Source of the DNA: Macrostomum lignano | Lineage: Eukaryota | Reading direction: 5' to 3' | NCBI GenBank assembly: GCA_002269645.1 | Contig: NIVC01002905.1 | Coordinates: forward strand, 1 to 64,000 | DNA: 64,000 nucleotides | Part shown: positions 30,625 through 42,527 of the stretch, piece by piece | Numbering within the stretch: position 1 is the stretch's first letter | Layout: the number at the start of each line of letters is the position of its first letter | Position numbers and translations under genes: made by a program | The notes under the pieces: generated by a model | Database searches by the model: none | Seen by the model: only the letters and a program-made list of their open reading frames with translations | Told to the model about the DNA's origin: nothing

Positions 30625-32576
30625 CGTAGCGCTAAGCAGATTTCTGTATCTTGGTTCGGTAGCTACCTCGATGTAGATGTATCTCGTTTGTAGATGCAGC
30701 GAGGTTATAGCAGAGAGCGCGTCAGTGCGCAGACAGTGAGCAGCGAATTTATAGCGAATTGGTCAACCCGCACACAGATATGACAGCCGCGAACCAATGA
30801 GCGTCTGTACTGATGAAGGATATTAAAAAACTAGCTGAGTCTGGAGGATACACCTAAAGGTCGGGTAGATGGCCGGTGGACAAATTAAAACAGACAGACA
30901 GACGGCTAAAACAAGTCGGTAAGCGCTGTCACGCGTTTCAAGCGTGATGCCTCCATAACTAATTTCCTTTTCTGCTAAGAGAGTCAACTAAAAAATCAAT
31001 CTGACTGAATTCTCTGTCCAGAGGGTTTAATAATAAAAATTGAATTGTAGACAAGGATTAAGATGAGACTAAGGGATAAGAGCGTTGAGTTGAATCGTCA
31101 GGAAGTGAGGTGCCGGGGGGGGGGGACTGGATAACATCTATTTGTTAGAAAATCTGAATTTTAACTTTATTGGAATCCTGACTGCAGGAAGCGTAATCAA
31201 CCCCTAAGGAAGGAAAAAATGAGTTTTTTTCTAGACAGAGTAGAGTGTGCTGTTTAAAAATAAGTTTTCAGTAATGTTCTAGAACTTCAGTTCTTGTAAG
31301 TCACATTAGCTAGTTTGAGATTAAATTTTGCCGTGCTGGAATACTGGTAGCTCGTATTGCCGCAATATTTTAATACAAAAGCGAGTCTTTAGTACTTTTA
31401 ATGTTTCGACCAAGCTTCAAAAGACGATAATAGTTTTATTCCGTGACTTTATTTTCTTCTTTGATGGCTGCGCAAATCGCAAGTGCTACACATCATAAAA
31501 GCGCTACTTCATGGAGACCGCGATACAGCATGGCAAACTACGGAAACTTCTGATAAAGTCAAGACTGTCAAAGAGTGAACCTCTATCAAAAAAGCAATGA
31601 CACACTTATGCCCTTTGTTGCAATAATTTTGTGTGCGTATCAGCAATCACATGTAAAATTTGATAGGTATTATTTCTAGTAGTGACTTTGGGAAAGCTTT
31701 GCAAGTTTTTAACCAACCCCTAATGCTGGAAGACTGTAGTACGAGTAACCCGAAGCTTCATATCTACTTTATTTATTGCCTATAGCTTGTAAAAGATTTC
31801 GAATCCTGGGTAAGCAACCAGGCTATATGTCAAGCCGTGAAAGTACCCGGTTATGACTAAACCACAACAATTTGCTAGGCTCCGGATCCACCTCGTGACG
31901 GTGACCTGGAAATTACACGAATTCAAGTATTCCATAATCCTACGTATCGCGTGGAATGTATTTTGTATTTGTCCTTTTATCAAGGTTTATAGGACATAAA
32001 GAACGGATAGTTTAACTGAAAAATCGAATCATTAATAAACAATTAGCTATGAAAATTAATTTAAGTTCTACTAAAGAATACTTCTATTATATTGATAGTT
32101 TCTGTCACAAGATTTCGTCAAGTCAAAAGCAACTCGAATTTGCATAGTCCTCTCGAAAGCAGTGAAGATCAAATAGGTTGGTCAGTTATGAGCAGGAATA
32201 AAGCTAGAGCAGGCTTGAGCAGGATCACAGATCAGAAGGAAATCCTTTTCATATTGAGGGTACGAAGGCTCGCAGTAGAAGTTAATTCCAAACTCATTTC
32301 TTTTGCGAGAATTATTAGGGAAAACCTCGCGTGTCTGACTTCCACCTTGTCTAGTGTAGGGCGCAGGAAAGGTAATAGTGGACATGTGTTCGGCGCACAG
32401 TTGTGTCAGGGGAGGGTCGCACACGCAAATACGCTCGTAGCTTTCCTCAAAATTTCTCCGAGGGGCGTTTCCCGCGCCTGTTCAACGCGTCTGTTCTGTT
32501 AGGTTTGAGGTGCGTCATACATTGAATAATCAATACTTCATGGAATTTAAATACGCCTAATAAATTTCGAAACGCT

Positions 32577-35500
32577 ATGAAAGATCTAACTGTCCAGACA
32601 AAGCATACAATGGCTTCTAAAAGTACTGTATCTAGAGGGCCTTCTGCAAAGCGACTGGGTCGTCAGTCACAGCAACAGCCAGCACCATGGCCAGTCAAGA
32701 AACCGGCTCCTCCTCCGGTCCCAAAGAAGCCGACCCTGCAAGAGCGTCAACGAAGGCACGCGCTACATGGCGCGATGGCTAGATCGGACTCGCTGCCACC
32801 ACCAATCGGCTACAATGACGCCGATCGATTCTACCTGACTAGCCCGTCACTGCCGCCTGAGGCTTCCGACTGGCCAAACGCTACCGCAACGGGTGATGCT
32901 GATTCACTTGGCCACGCAGCTGCAGAAGTTCTTCTAGACGATGACTATGAGGACAATGACATGAACGGGGACCTGGCTGGCAACCCCAATGGAATGAGGC
33001 GCGAAGCGGAACGACCGTTCGAGTCGTCGCATGTCGGAACATCGCCTTGGTTAGACCGGCAGTTGCGTCAATCTAATTTGGCGCGATCGTCTGGGCCATT
33101 AGTTCGACGCCACGCGCAGACTGACACGAGCGACTTGGACAGAGATAGAGAAGGTCGACAGCGTCATCTGGAGGAGCAAATGAGCAATCTAAGGGCTGAG
33201 AATCGGGTCAAAGCGCGAGAGCTAGAAGCCAATCGATACATTGAGCAGCAAATGAACCGAAAGTTGAAGACAACTGACGAGGCATTTGCCCTACGGCAAG
33301 CTATAAAAGACAAGGAGCGCATTATCGCTAGTCAAGAGAAAATTTTATCTGAATTGACAAGCGAGGTGGGCCGACTGACTGAGTCTGGAGCTGATCGCGA
33401 GAGGCTTGTCATGCAACTGCAATCGGAAGTTGATAATCTGGAGCGCGTGCTCGCGGCTCAGCGAGCTCTCCGAGAGGGTGAAAGATTGCAGACTGTGAGC
33501 GAAGAGCTAGACAGAGCTAAGGACGAGCTGGCGGCAGCTAGCTTAGAGACAGACGCGTTGCGAAACGAGGTTCGCAACCTGCAGGGCGCGCAGACTCGCA
33601 AGGAACGCGAGATAAAAGCCAAAGAAGAGAAGATCAGCCAACTGTCAGGTGAACTGTCAACGGCAAATCAAACTGTTGCTAGTTTAAAAAACGAGCTTGC
33701 TGTGGCTGATAGCCATGCAAAGGCTGCAGATCGTGAGGCTAAGCTGCTTCGGGATCAGAATAAACAGCTATCAGATGTCAGAGAGAAGTGTCGAAATCTT
33801 CAGGACGAAAAGGCATACATGGCGGAAGCTGTTCGTACTCTGGAAAGCAAAGTCGCACAACTAGAGGCCATCAAAAAGGACAAAGAAGTGCTGGACGATC
33901 TGGTGACCGACCTGAAGTCGGCGCTCAAAGACAAAAATCAGGTACTTAAGGAGCATCGGGATCTACAGTCCCAGACGCAGCAGCTTCGGGATCGGGTGAA
34001 GGGTATGCAAGCAGACGATGCTGGGAATAAGAGAGAGATAAACAGACTGCAAGAGGTCTTGAGCGAGTTAGAAAAGGAGAACCAATTCTATCGTGATCTG
34101 GACGGTGATTTTCGTAGATTGAAACAGCGCTATGAAGAGGTTGATAAAGCTCTGAAGGCAGATGAAATGGCTCTAGCAAAGCTCCGACCCCGTATTGAAA
34201 AACTGCAAAACCGGTGCAAGGAAAAGGATGATCTCATCCGGCGACTAGCAAACGAGCTGCGCTCTGGCGCAGATCGCCTTCCACGCGAGCTTCTTCAAGA
34301 GGCCGATCGTAATCAGGGTCGCTTTGCCGAGGACTACTTGGACCCTGCTGAACTTACTGGTACTGATGAAGCGCGCCCACATTCATCGCGAAGGGATACC
34401 AGGATGGGTGCAGACAACAATTCTCCCATCGCTGCATATGAACCGGCCAAGCGAGCACTGCAACCAGTAGCTCCCCAATCAATAGCTCACAAAGATCCAA
34501 GCAAATCTGATGACAAGAAAGTACCTAGCAAGTCTTTCACGAATACACAGGGCACAAGTCAACGACTGCCATCAATGCAACCTGCTGCTGAGCAATCGAA
34601 AGTCGGTGCGCCTGGGCGATACCGGAGTCCGCGCAATGAAAAAAGCCCAAATCGCAGTCCAGCACGTCAGGATGGCGGAACTAGTGGGCCAGAAAATCGT
34701 GGAAGCCCCAGAAGTCGCAGAAATGATCAACAAATACATGATCCAGAGCGTTATAATAATACAAGTCCTGGAATAAATGAAAAACCAATGAAAAGACTTA
34801 GCGACATTCCAGAACAAAAAACATACGAACCTGTGCATCGTGGGAGCCCTAGTCGCAATACAAACCCTGCGTATCATCAGCAGCCTTCTAGCAATATTGC
34901 ACCACAAATTTCAAGACGTCAGCAGAGTCCGCAGAGACAAGATCCTCGATCTTACAACCAACAACCCACCAATACCGAACCACAGAACTATGAGCCAAGA
35001 CGTCAGCAAAGTCCGCAAAGACAAGATCCTCGATCTTACGACCAACAACCCACCAATACCGAACCACAGAACTATGAGCCAAGACGTCAGCAAAGTCCGC
35101 AAAGACAAGATCCTCGATCTTACGACCAACAACCCACCAATACCGAACCACAAATCTATGAGCCAAGACGTCAGCAAAGTCCGCAGAGACAAGATCCTCG
35201 ATCTTACAACCGACAACCCACCAATACCGAACCACAGAACTATGAGCCAAGACGTCAGCAAAGTCCGCAAAGACAAGATCCTCGATCTTACGACCAACAA
35301 CCCACCAATACCGAACCACAAAACTATGAGCCAAGACGTCAGCAAAGTCCGCAGAGACAAGATCCTCGATCTTACGACCAACAACCCACCAATACCGAAC
35401 CACAGGACTATGAGCCAAGACGTCAGCAAAGTCCGCAAAGACAAGATCCTCGATCTTACGACCAACAACCCACCAATACCGAACCACAGAACTATGAGCC

Positions 35501-36437
35501 AAGAAGTCAGCAGAGTCCTCAGAGATTCAAGCCACTTGAGTACAGCTCAGATCCAGACGAAGGTCAGCCAAAAACAAATGAAGAAAAACCTGAATACAGT
35601 AGCAGAGAAGATTCACCCTCAGCGAGGGGCCATGAGCCCAGACGCCAAAGTCCAGAAAAATCCGATGAACGACCAGAGCAGGAATCATCAGAGACAGCAC
35701 ATCTGGATCCCCCAACAAATGTACACGCTAGAACGCTAGCGGATGGAAGCATTCTGGTCGAGTGGGACACACCAGATCTAGATCAGCTAGACCGCAATCG
35801 TTCTATTGTTGTCGCCGGATATAAAATTTTCATCAATGAAATCGAGGAACAGTCTGTTGGTAGTTCGCGACTAACTAAGGCGCTGGTGTCTCGAGGCATC
35901 GGGCTACCTGTGAATACCGTGGCAGTACAATGCTATGGCTATGACGGTGAGGTATCTGATATGGCGCGGATTAGCATCGATCCGAGTGAGTCGCTACTAG
36001 CGCAGCAGAAGAAGCCTGCTCCACCCCACACTTATGCAAAAGATGAGACCCCTCTTGGAGCTGAGCCTGAACAGGAGGAATCCGTGTATAGAAGTACTTC
36101 CTCACAGCTGCAGCATCCGCAGCAGCAGCAGCAGCATCCGCAGCAGCAGCAGCAGCATCCGCAGCAGCAGCAGCAGCAGCAACAGCAACAGCCGGAGCTG
36201 CCATCGGCCCGCATCGTGGATGCAAACTCTGTGGTGCCTCAGCCGCTGGTGCGCAAAGCTCTATCTGACTATCAGCCTGGACTGAACTCGCCCTCAGCAT
36301 TTCCCTCCTACGAGCTTGAGCTGCATCGAGGCGACGATGTCGCAACGTTCGGCCCAATCAGGCCTGACGGAATGTACAACGCTGAGGTGAATGGAAAACG
36401 AGGCCTGGTGCCTGCTCAGTACTTGCAGATGAACTAA
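32577..36437 (+). CDS. RIMBP-like: RIMS-binding-protein-like (coiled coil, 28-aa repeats, FN3, SH3), single exon, 1286 aa
   Basis: Long heptad region. FN3: DPPTNVHA..ILVEWDTP..VAGYKIFIN. RIM-BP-type SH3: ALSDYQPGLNSP..ELELHRGDDVATFGPIRPDGMYNAEVNGKRGLVPAQYL. Confidence 0.85.
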   Translation: MKDLTVQTKHTMASKSTVSRGPSAKRLGRQSQQQPAPWPVKKPAPPPVPKKPTLQERQRRHALHGAMARSDSLPPPIGYNDADRFYLTSPSLPPEASDWPNATATGDADSLGHAAAEVLLDDDYEDNDMNGDLAGNPNGMRREAERPFESSHVGTSPWLDRQLRQSNLARSSGPLVRRHAQTDTSDLDRDREGRQRHLEEQMSNLRAENRVKARELEANRYIEQQMNRKLKTTDEAFALRQAIKDKERIIASQEKILSELTSEVGRLTESGADRERLVMQLQSEVDNLERVLAAQRALREGERLQTVSEELDRAKDELAAASLETDALRNEVRNLQGAQTRKEREIKAKEEKISQLSGELSTANQTVASLKNELAVADSHAKAADREAKLLRDQNKQLSDVREKCRNLQDEKAYMAEAVRTLESKVAQLEAIKKDKEVLDDLVTDLKSALKDKNQVLKEHRDLQSQTQQLRDRVKGMQADDAGNKREINRLQEVLSELEKENQFYRDLDGDFRRLKQRYEEVDKALKADEMALAKLRPRIEKLQNRCKEKDDLIRRLANELRSGADRLPRELLQEADRNQGRFAEDYLDPAELTGTDEARPHSSRRDTRMGADNNSPIAAYEPAKRALQPVAPQSIAHKDPSKSDDKKVPSKSFTNTQGTSQRLPSMQPAAEQSKVGAPGRYRSPRNEKSPNRSPARQDGGTSGPENRGSPRSRRNDQQIHDPERYNNTSPGINEKPMKRLSDIPEQKTYEPVHRGSPSRNTNPAYHQQPSSNIAPQISRRQQSPQRQDPRSYNQQPTNTEPQNYEPRRQQSPQRQDPRSYDQQPTNTEPQNYEPRRQQSPQRQDPRSYDQQPTNTEPQIYEPRRQQSPQRQDPRSYNRQPTNTEPQNYEPRRQQSPQRQDPRSYDQQPTNTEPQNYEPRRQQSPQRQDPRSYDQQPTNTEPQDYEPRRQQSPQRQDPRSYDQQPTNTEPQNYEPRSQQSPQRFKPLEYSSDPDEGQPKTNEEKPEYSSREDSPSARGHEPRRQSPEKSDERPEQESSETAHLDPPTNVHARTLADGSILVEWDTPDLDQLDRNRSIVVAGYKIFINEIEEQSVGSSRLTKALVSRGIGLPVNTVAVQCYGYDGEVSDMARISIDPSESLLAQQKKPAPPHTYAKDETPLGAEPEQEESVYRSTSSQLQHPQQQQQHPQQQQQHPQQQQQQQQQQPELPSARIVDANSVVPQPLVRKALSDYQPGLNSPSAFPSYELELHRGDDVATFGPIRPDGMYNAEVNGKRGLVPAQYLQMN
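34914..35525 (+). repeat. 84-bp in-frame coding tandem repeat, 7 full copies plus a partial
   Basis: Encodes RRQQSPQRQDPRSY(N/D)QQPTNTEPQNYEP; units start at 34914, 34998 and onward. Confidence 0.97.
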
Positions 36438-37614
36438 ATCTGCGAGAAAAATTACCAGAGAGTGCAAGGTCCAAGCCTATTGAACCATTAACTTACAGTT
36501 TTACTCCTATCCTTCTTTTTTCGACTGACGCAGCCAGTCAGTATGCATCCAGCATAGCAACTGATGTTGCTATATGAGATATTTTATGGTTATGAAGCTT
36601 TTTTTTTTCAAATTCATATTTCGTGCAAAGAAGGATATTAAACGTGTTGTTGTGTACGCCTTTAGAGCGATTAGTATTTTCCTTATCCAAACGGCTTGTA
36701 AAAAATGAAGTGCTTCTCCAATTCTGTTACTCTAGTAAAGTACACAGGTTGTTTCAAACACTTTATGTATGCATCTAATTGAATCAGAGCTTTTTGTTAA
36801 TAAAGCTTTAGACATTTCATAAAATTTGTCACTGGCGTATCTGTGTATTTGATCATACGCGGTATTGACTACTGCCGCTCTAAAGTTTCCATTTGCTAAT
36901 TATGAAAATTTTGTTAGTAAACAGTTGTTTTATACAGTTAGCTGTACGCTACGAGCGCATTGGTAGAGCTCTCCAATATTTATTTCAGGAAATGTTTCGC
37001 TGAAAAAAGTTTTATAGCAATTTTAGGCAATAAAACTCTAAATGAGGTAGGTTGAAAAGGCAAAATTTAAATTAATCAGGTCGAACTAGATATTGGGCAA
37101 TATCAAGAATATCTGTCAGTTTATTTGAGGCAACATATAATTTAGCAATTAATTTTAAATTAACTTTCTCGCAACTATTTTTTGTATTTACCTAAAATCA
37201 TTCAGAAATGTGGAGAAGGACGCGCGCAGCTTCCAAAATTAGGTCGTGGATTATTGAGCGTATTCAGTGGATATTAAATCACGACAGTTGCGCTTGTCAA
37301 CAATATCAAATCATTGATTTACTGTACTCAATCAAAGACTCTCGTAGTTTAATTAAATCAACAGATCGCATAGATAAACTAGGTTCAATTACAGAGGTAT
37401 ACCTTCAATCGTAAGCAAGATTCCATTATTCATTAGTGATAATATGATTAATTAAATTATTTAGCCTTCAAAGCAGCGGCTCTATTTACAATTTGTGTCA
37501 ACGCAAAGAGATGGTCTATATTAAGTGATGGTCCAAAGGTAACTAGTACGTAAAGTAAGCATAGACATGTTATTCACGCTCGAGAAAATATTATTATCAG
37601 GAATTGGAAGCTCG

Positions 37615-38733
37615 TTACTGCGGTGGGTTTATCTGGGGCTTGCTTACGCTGACTGTTGTCGAATGCTGCTGCTGCGGTAATGCAAACATCGATGCTGCGC
37701 TCGCGAAATCGGCAAAGCTTGCCAAAGAAACGGCTGTCGCTGCTGACAGAGGGTCGAACTGTGGCTGCTGCGGTTGTTGCTGAGAGGTTTGCGGTGCCAC
37801 CTGTTGCTGCTGCCTAAGGCGGACATTTTGCTGGTTGAGCAGCTCATTGGTGGCCGTCAGTTCCAAGCACTGACGTCGAAGCTCTTCCAATCGACGACGA
37901 AGCGAAGCGTTTTCAGCCTGCAAGGTTGAAACAGTTGCGTCCATTGCTAGTCCAGCTGGTGGCGGCTGAGGCTGCGGTGCCCCGGCCAGGAATGTCAAAG
38001 GAGCGAAATGCTGCTGCTGATGATGATGATGAGCTTCAAAGTCCAACCGAGGTCTCTTCAACAGCGGAGCTTCTCCGAAGCCAACCCCGCTGCCGAGCAT
38101 CATCATCATGGCCGACGACGGGTCCAAGGTCGGCGTCGCGGCCTGAGTTAGTAAGTCCGATGGGAGTAGAAGTGTCGGCATCGAAGCTGCTGCGGCGGCT
38201 GCCGCTGCTGCTGCTGCCGCTGCTGCGGCCGGTGTGGTCACAGATCCGGCCGTGGTCGCATTGGCGTCCAGATGACGAAATCTGCACCTGGCGCCTCTCT
38301 TGCACTCGCCTTTGAGGTGATCCTTGCAGACCGGCGGCTCGTCTTGACAGGCCAAAGCGAGCAAGTCGCTGGGCAGGCCGGTGAGCAGCCGCTCTGGCAG
38401 ACGGCCGGTGGCCCTGAACAGGGCCTCCTCCTCGCGGCTGCAGTGAACGAACCTGCAGGCCTGCCTCTGACAGCCGCCGTTCTGATAGTCGTGGCAGAAC
38501 ACTAGCAGCGCGGCTGCCGCAGTTGGTGACGAATCAGCGGACGAAGATGACGGCACTGCAGGCGGCGAGGAGGCCGACGAGCCGGCTGACTCGGGATGTC
38601 GGTAGCGACACCGCCGGCCCCGCTTGCACACGTGACGAAGAAAGTCGCGACAGATGTCTGCCGAGGACGACGCGTCGTTTAACGAATCCGGACCAGCGGC
38701 CGAGACACTCGCTGCGGAACTGGCGCTGGTCAT
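37615..38733 (-). CDS. ZC3H10: Zinc finger CCCH domain-containing protein 10 orthologue
   Basis: Three CCCH fingers (ICRDFLRHVCKRGRRCRYRHP; FCHDYQNGGCQRQACRFVH; VCKDHLKGECKRGARCRFRH). C-terminal coiled coil ENASLRRRLEELRRQCLELTATNELL matches ZC3H10. Confidence 0.92.
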   Translation of the reverse strand: MTSASSAASVSAAGPDSLNDASSSADICRDFLRHVCKRGRRCRYRHPESAGSSASSPPAVPSSSSADSSPTAAAALLVFCHDYQNGGCQRQACRFVHCSREEEALFRATGRLPERLLTGLPSDLLALACQDEPPVCKDHLKGECKRGARCRFRHLDANATTAGSVTTPAAAAAAAAAAAAAAASMPTLLLPSDLLTQAATPTLDPSSAMMMMLGSGVGFGEAPLLKRPRLDFEAHHHHQQQHFAPLTFLAGAPQPQPPPAGLAMDATVSTLQAENASLRRRLEELRRQCLELTATNELLNQQNVRLRQQQQVAPQTSQQQPQQPQFDPLSAATAVSLASFADFASAASMFALPQQQHSTTVSVSKPQINPPQ

Positions 38734-40890
38734 TTATGTGCTGGACCTGCGGGGTTTTCAATGAGAGAATCAAGCACTGCGGTTCAAACATGTAATAGGG
38801 AAAGATTTTTGCTTTGGGAAGGAGCGTAGAGATCAAAGAAATCGAAGAAACAGTTAATGAAAAAACGTACAAAGTGGCACAAAATTCTTGCTAGCTCGAT
38901 GATAGCTCGTAACTTAGTTAAAGGGTGTTTCTCTGTTGCTCGATATCTCTTTTTCTTTGTCTACCATCGAGATCCTTTGTATTTGTTCCTGTTTGGGCCC
39001 AATGAATAGCTAGTTTAAAGAATAGTTTAGCTACTATGAGGAGGCACTTGTTAGTATGCACAAAAACGCATTTGTAAGGAACAGCAATCGGAAAACTGAA
39101 GAAAGCTTGAAGCCTAGTTTTAAAAGCGTCGAATTACTCGTAGTGTGCGACCAACAAGTATTTGCACATCGCACACTTAGGAGTTCGTGCTAAAATTGAA
39201 AATATGGTGTGGCTAGATGTGTGTGTGTGTGAGGAGGCTTCCGATGTAATTTTAAAATTCACAGAATCTTGCAACTTGCAGTAGCTTCTATCTCTCTATG
39301 CCTTGACAAAGATTTGTTAGTTCTTTGCTGCTTTTACTAAAGCAGAGAGTCGGTCAGACTAAAGCTAAACACAGTCCCTACGAAAGCTTGGGACGAAAAA
39401 TTTGGACTGGTTGAGTTTGCGTCAGAGCAAACATTGAACACGACGTGGCCACTGGCAGAGAGAAAATTGGGCAAGGACTTGGAATGCGACACCTACCAGC
39501 TAAGACACCTGGAAGCCGATGCTTTCAAATTGACGTGATGAATTTATGTTAATTGTTCGAACGGTAACAAATCCAACAACTCAATCAAAGCGATTACCTG
39601 GATAACTTGTTGATTAGTTTTGTCTTTAAATGTTTGATTATTAAAATCAACTATTTTAACGGAGCCAGAAACGGTGGCAGTGGATAACAACCTGATGGTA
39701 GTAATAATAATAAAACCGAGCCAGCGTGAGTTGAGTTGTTCCTGTTGAGCAAAATAGAAGAGAAAGCCAATCTGTGTCAAAAATACCTCTTTAAAGCATG
39801 GCGGGAAGAAGCGCTGATAAAGCAAGCATAAAAAATAGAGAAAAAAGTGGGGAGTTGGGGTGGTTGGGTTTTCGAGCCAGTGCTTGAGCAGAGAGAGAGG
39901 ACTGGTTGGTCGATGGGGTGGGTGGGGTTACAGTCAGTAAAAAGAGATTCTTGCCTAAGCGATTCGCAGACTCATACAGCTGTCTCTCACCGCAGCGCGT
40001 CAAAGTTTAGCTGAAAATTCTAGACCAGAAATCTGTTAAACCGGCCAACTTCTCTCAGTCTGGCCCTCCCTGTGTCGCATCACCCATGCCCTAGCTGTGG
40101 GTTGGTCCGCTTCAACCCCTCGGGCAAAGAACACAACAGATAAGACAGTAGCGCTCAGCTCAGAAAATAGCCGCTGAAAAGATCTGTCGGCTGCAGAAAA
40201 AAAAACAGACACACACAGAGACAAGATCTTTGCACACACCCTCACCGTCTCTGCACCTCGCTGAGCTTGCTTGTGTAGAATATAGAAAGAAATAATGTTC
40301 AATCATAATGAATCGAACGAGAACAACAGAGAGAACACAGTTAGTTATCTTGTGGGGAGAGTGGGTGACTGGCGGATTCGAGGGTGGGCACCCGCTGTCC
40401 GCCCGCCAGAGCACATGTCCAGTTCTTACTTGTCCGTCCTGTCCCGCTCGCGGTCTCTCGCCCCCCACCCACCGGCACTAATAGCATCTAATCCATCTTT
40501 CTGTCTGCACCGACACAAGCTGTCAAGGTGAGAATTTATGAATCCAAGCGAGCCGCCAACCTCTTAGACCACTAGAGTCTGCCGAGTTGTTTTCCATAAA
40601 AGATGGTTTTATTTCATCTAAACTTGTATTATAAAGGCACCGAGTTGGTTAATAATTCCAGTAATTAGCTGCTTTTATTCGTTATGTGAATTTTCTTAAA
40701 AAAAAACGAAGACAGCGTCTGCGTTTTAAGTAACTCGCAATCAATTTTGTAGGATTCGATTATTGTAGAGATGCATTCTGTTATGATACAAATAAAAATG
40801 TTAAGATTGTGTATTTATTGAAGCAATGGTTGGTGACTTGTTCATGTTGTGCCAGTAAAAGTTCTGTGAGATAGCTAGCTTCTGACGCTG

Positions 40891-41230
40891 ACGCCCCTGG
40901 TACTAAAGCCCCTGGTGCTGGCGCCCTGGTGCTAAAGCCCCTGGTGCTAAAGCCCCTGGTGCTGGCGCCCGTGGTGCTGGCGCCCCTTGTGCTGGCGCCC
41001 CTGGTGCTGGCGCCCGTGGTGCTGGCGCCCCTGGTGCTGGCGCCCCTGGTGCTGGCGCCCCTGGTGCTGGCGCCCCTGTTGCTGGCGCCCCTGTTGCTGG
41101 CGCCCCTGGTGCTGGCGCCCCTGGTGCTGGCGCCCCTGGTGCTGGCGCCCCTGTTGCTGGCGCCCCTGGTGCTGGCGCCCCTGGTGCTGGCGCCCCTGGT
41201 GCTGGCGCCCCTGGTGCTGGCGCCCCTGGT
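40891..41230. repeat. 15-bp minisatellite (GGCGCCCCTGGTGCT), ~22 copies
   Basis: Direct reading; reverse complement of the 14021-14140 unit. Confidence 0.97.
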
Positions 41231-42020
41231 TCTAAAGACCTCAAATGAAAACTCCCTTACTTTACTTTTAGGCAATGTAAATACTGGTAACACTAGCAGT
41301 TGCTTACCAATTGTACATTAAAGCGCAATAATAGAAGCTCATATATATTTTTTATCCTTAATCCCAGTTGCATTCTAATCTATTAATAAGCGGGTCCTTA
41401 ATGGCCGAAATTAAAATAAAATTTTAGTGCATATAAGCCCTAACATGATATTAGCCATGGCCTAATGGATCACTTTCCCCACTTATCAATAGAGAATTTG
41501 ATATTTTCTCTAATAACCAACATCCCATGCGGCCTGTTGAAAAGGATGCAATCAATCAGAGTGGACTCGAGAGTTTCAACCAGTCCACGCGAATGAATTA
41601 TTTAATGGAACGGCCCCGGTTGATGAGGAACTAAAGAAGATTTTGTATCCAGCGGATTAAACTAATGCTGTCTAGTTTTATCTCGAGTGCTTTCGAAATG
41701 AAAAATCCAACCCTGCTGCTTATTCAAGATTGAAGAAGTAAAGAATTAGCGTGGGAATAATTGAGGACATTCACGGTGAAAGCACTGTAAGCTACTGTTT
41801 TATCAGGTGGGACATTGGAATTCACAAGCACTTAAGTGGACTTAGGCTGCTATTAACAGGTGCCATTTGGATACAGAGATACAAACAATTTTTCAGGTTT
41901 TACGCTCGTTCAGGCTTTCAAGAAATTTCAAAGGCAGCTCTCATTGATGCTTCGTCTTAACCAAGTTCAGGATCGTTATTTCAGGATTCATAGGCCTGAG
42001 GTGCAACACCAAGGCACAGT

Positions 42021-42527
42021 CCTAAACTCCATGATCCTAAACTCCATGATCCTAACTCCATGATCCCAACTCTATGATCCCAAACTCTATGATCCCAAAC
42101 TCTATGATTCCAAACTCTATGATACTAAAGTCCATGATCCTAAACTCTATGATCCCAAACTCCATGATCCCAAACTCTATGATCCCAAACTCCATGATCC
42201 CAAACTCTATGATCCCAAAATCTATGATCCTAAACTATATGATCCCAAACTCCATGATCCTAAACTCCATGATCCCAAACTCCATGATCCCAAACTCTAT
42301 GATCCTAAACTCCATGATCCTAAACTCCATGATCCCAAACTCTATGATCCTAAACTCCATGATCCTAAACTCCATGATCCCAAACTCTATGATCCCAAAT
42401 TATATGATCCCAAACTCTATTATCTCAAACTCTATGATCCCAAACTCTATGATCCCAAACTCCATGATCCCAAACTCTATGATCCCAAACTCTATGATCC
42501 CAAACTCCATGATCCCAAACTCTATGA
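42021..42527. repeat. 15-bp minisatellite (ATGATCCCAAACTCY), ~33 copies
   Basis: Direct reading; explains the spurious MIPNS ORF. Confidence 0.97.

Noticed and set aside
34840-35739. Alternative-frame and antisense repeat ORFs over the RIM-BP-like gene
   Set aside because: By-products of the 84-bp coding repeat; no independent evidence.
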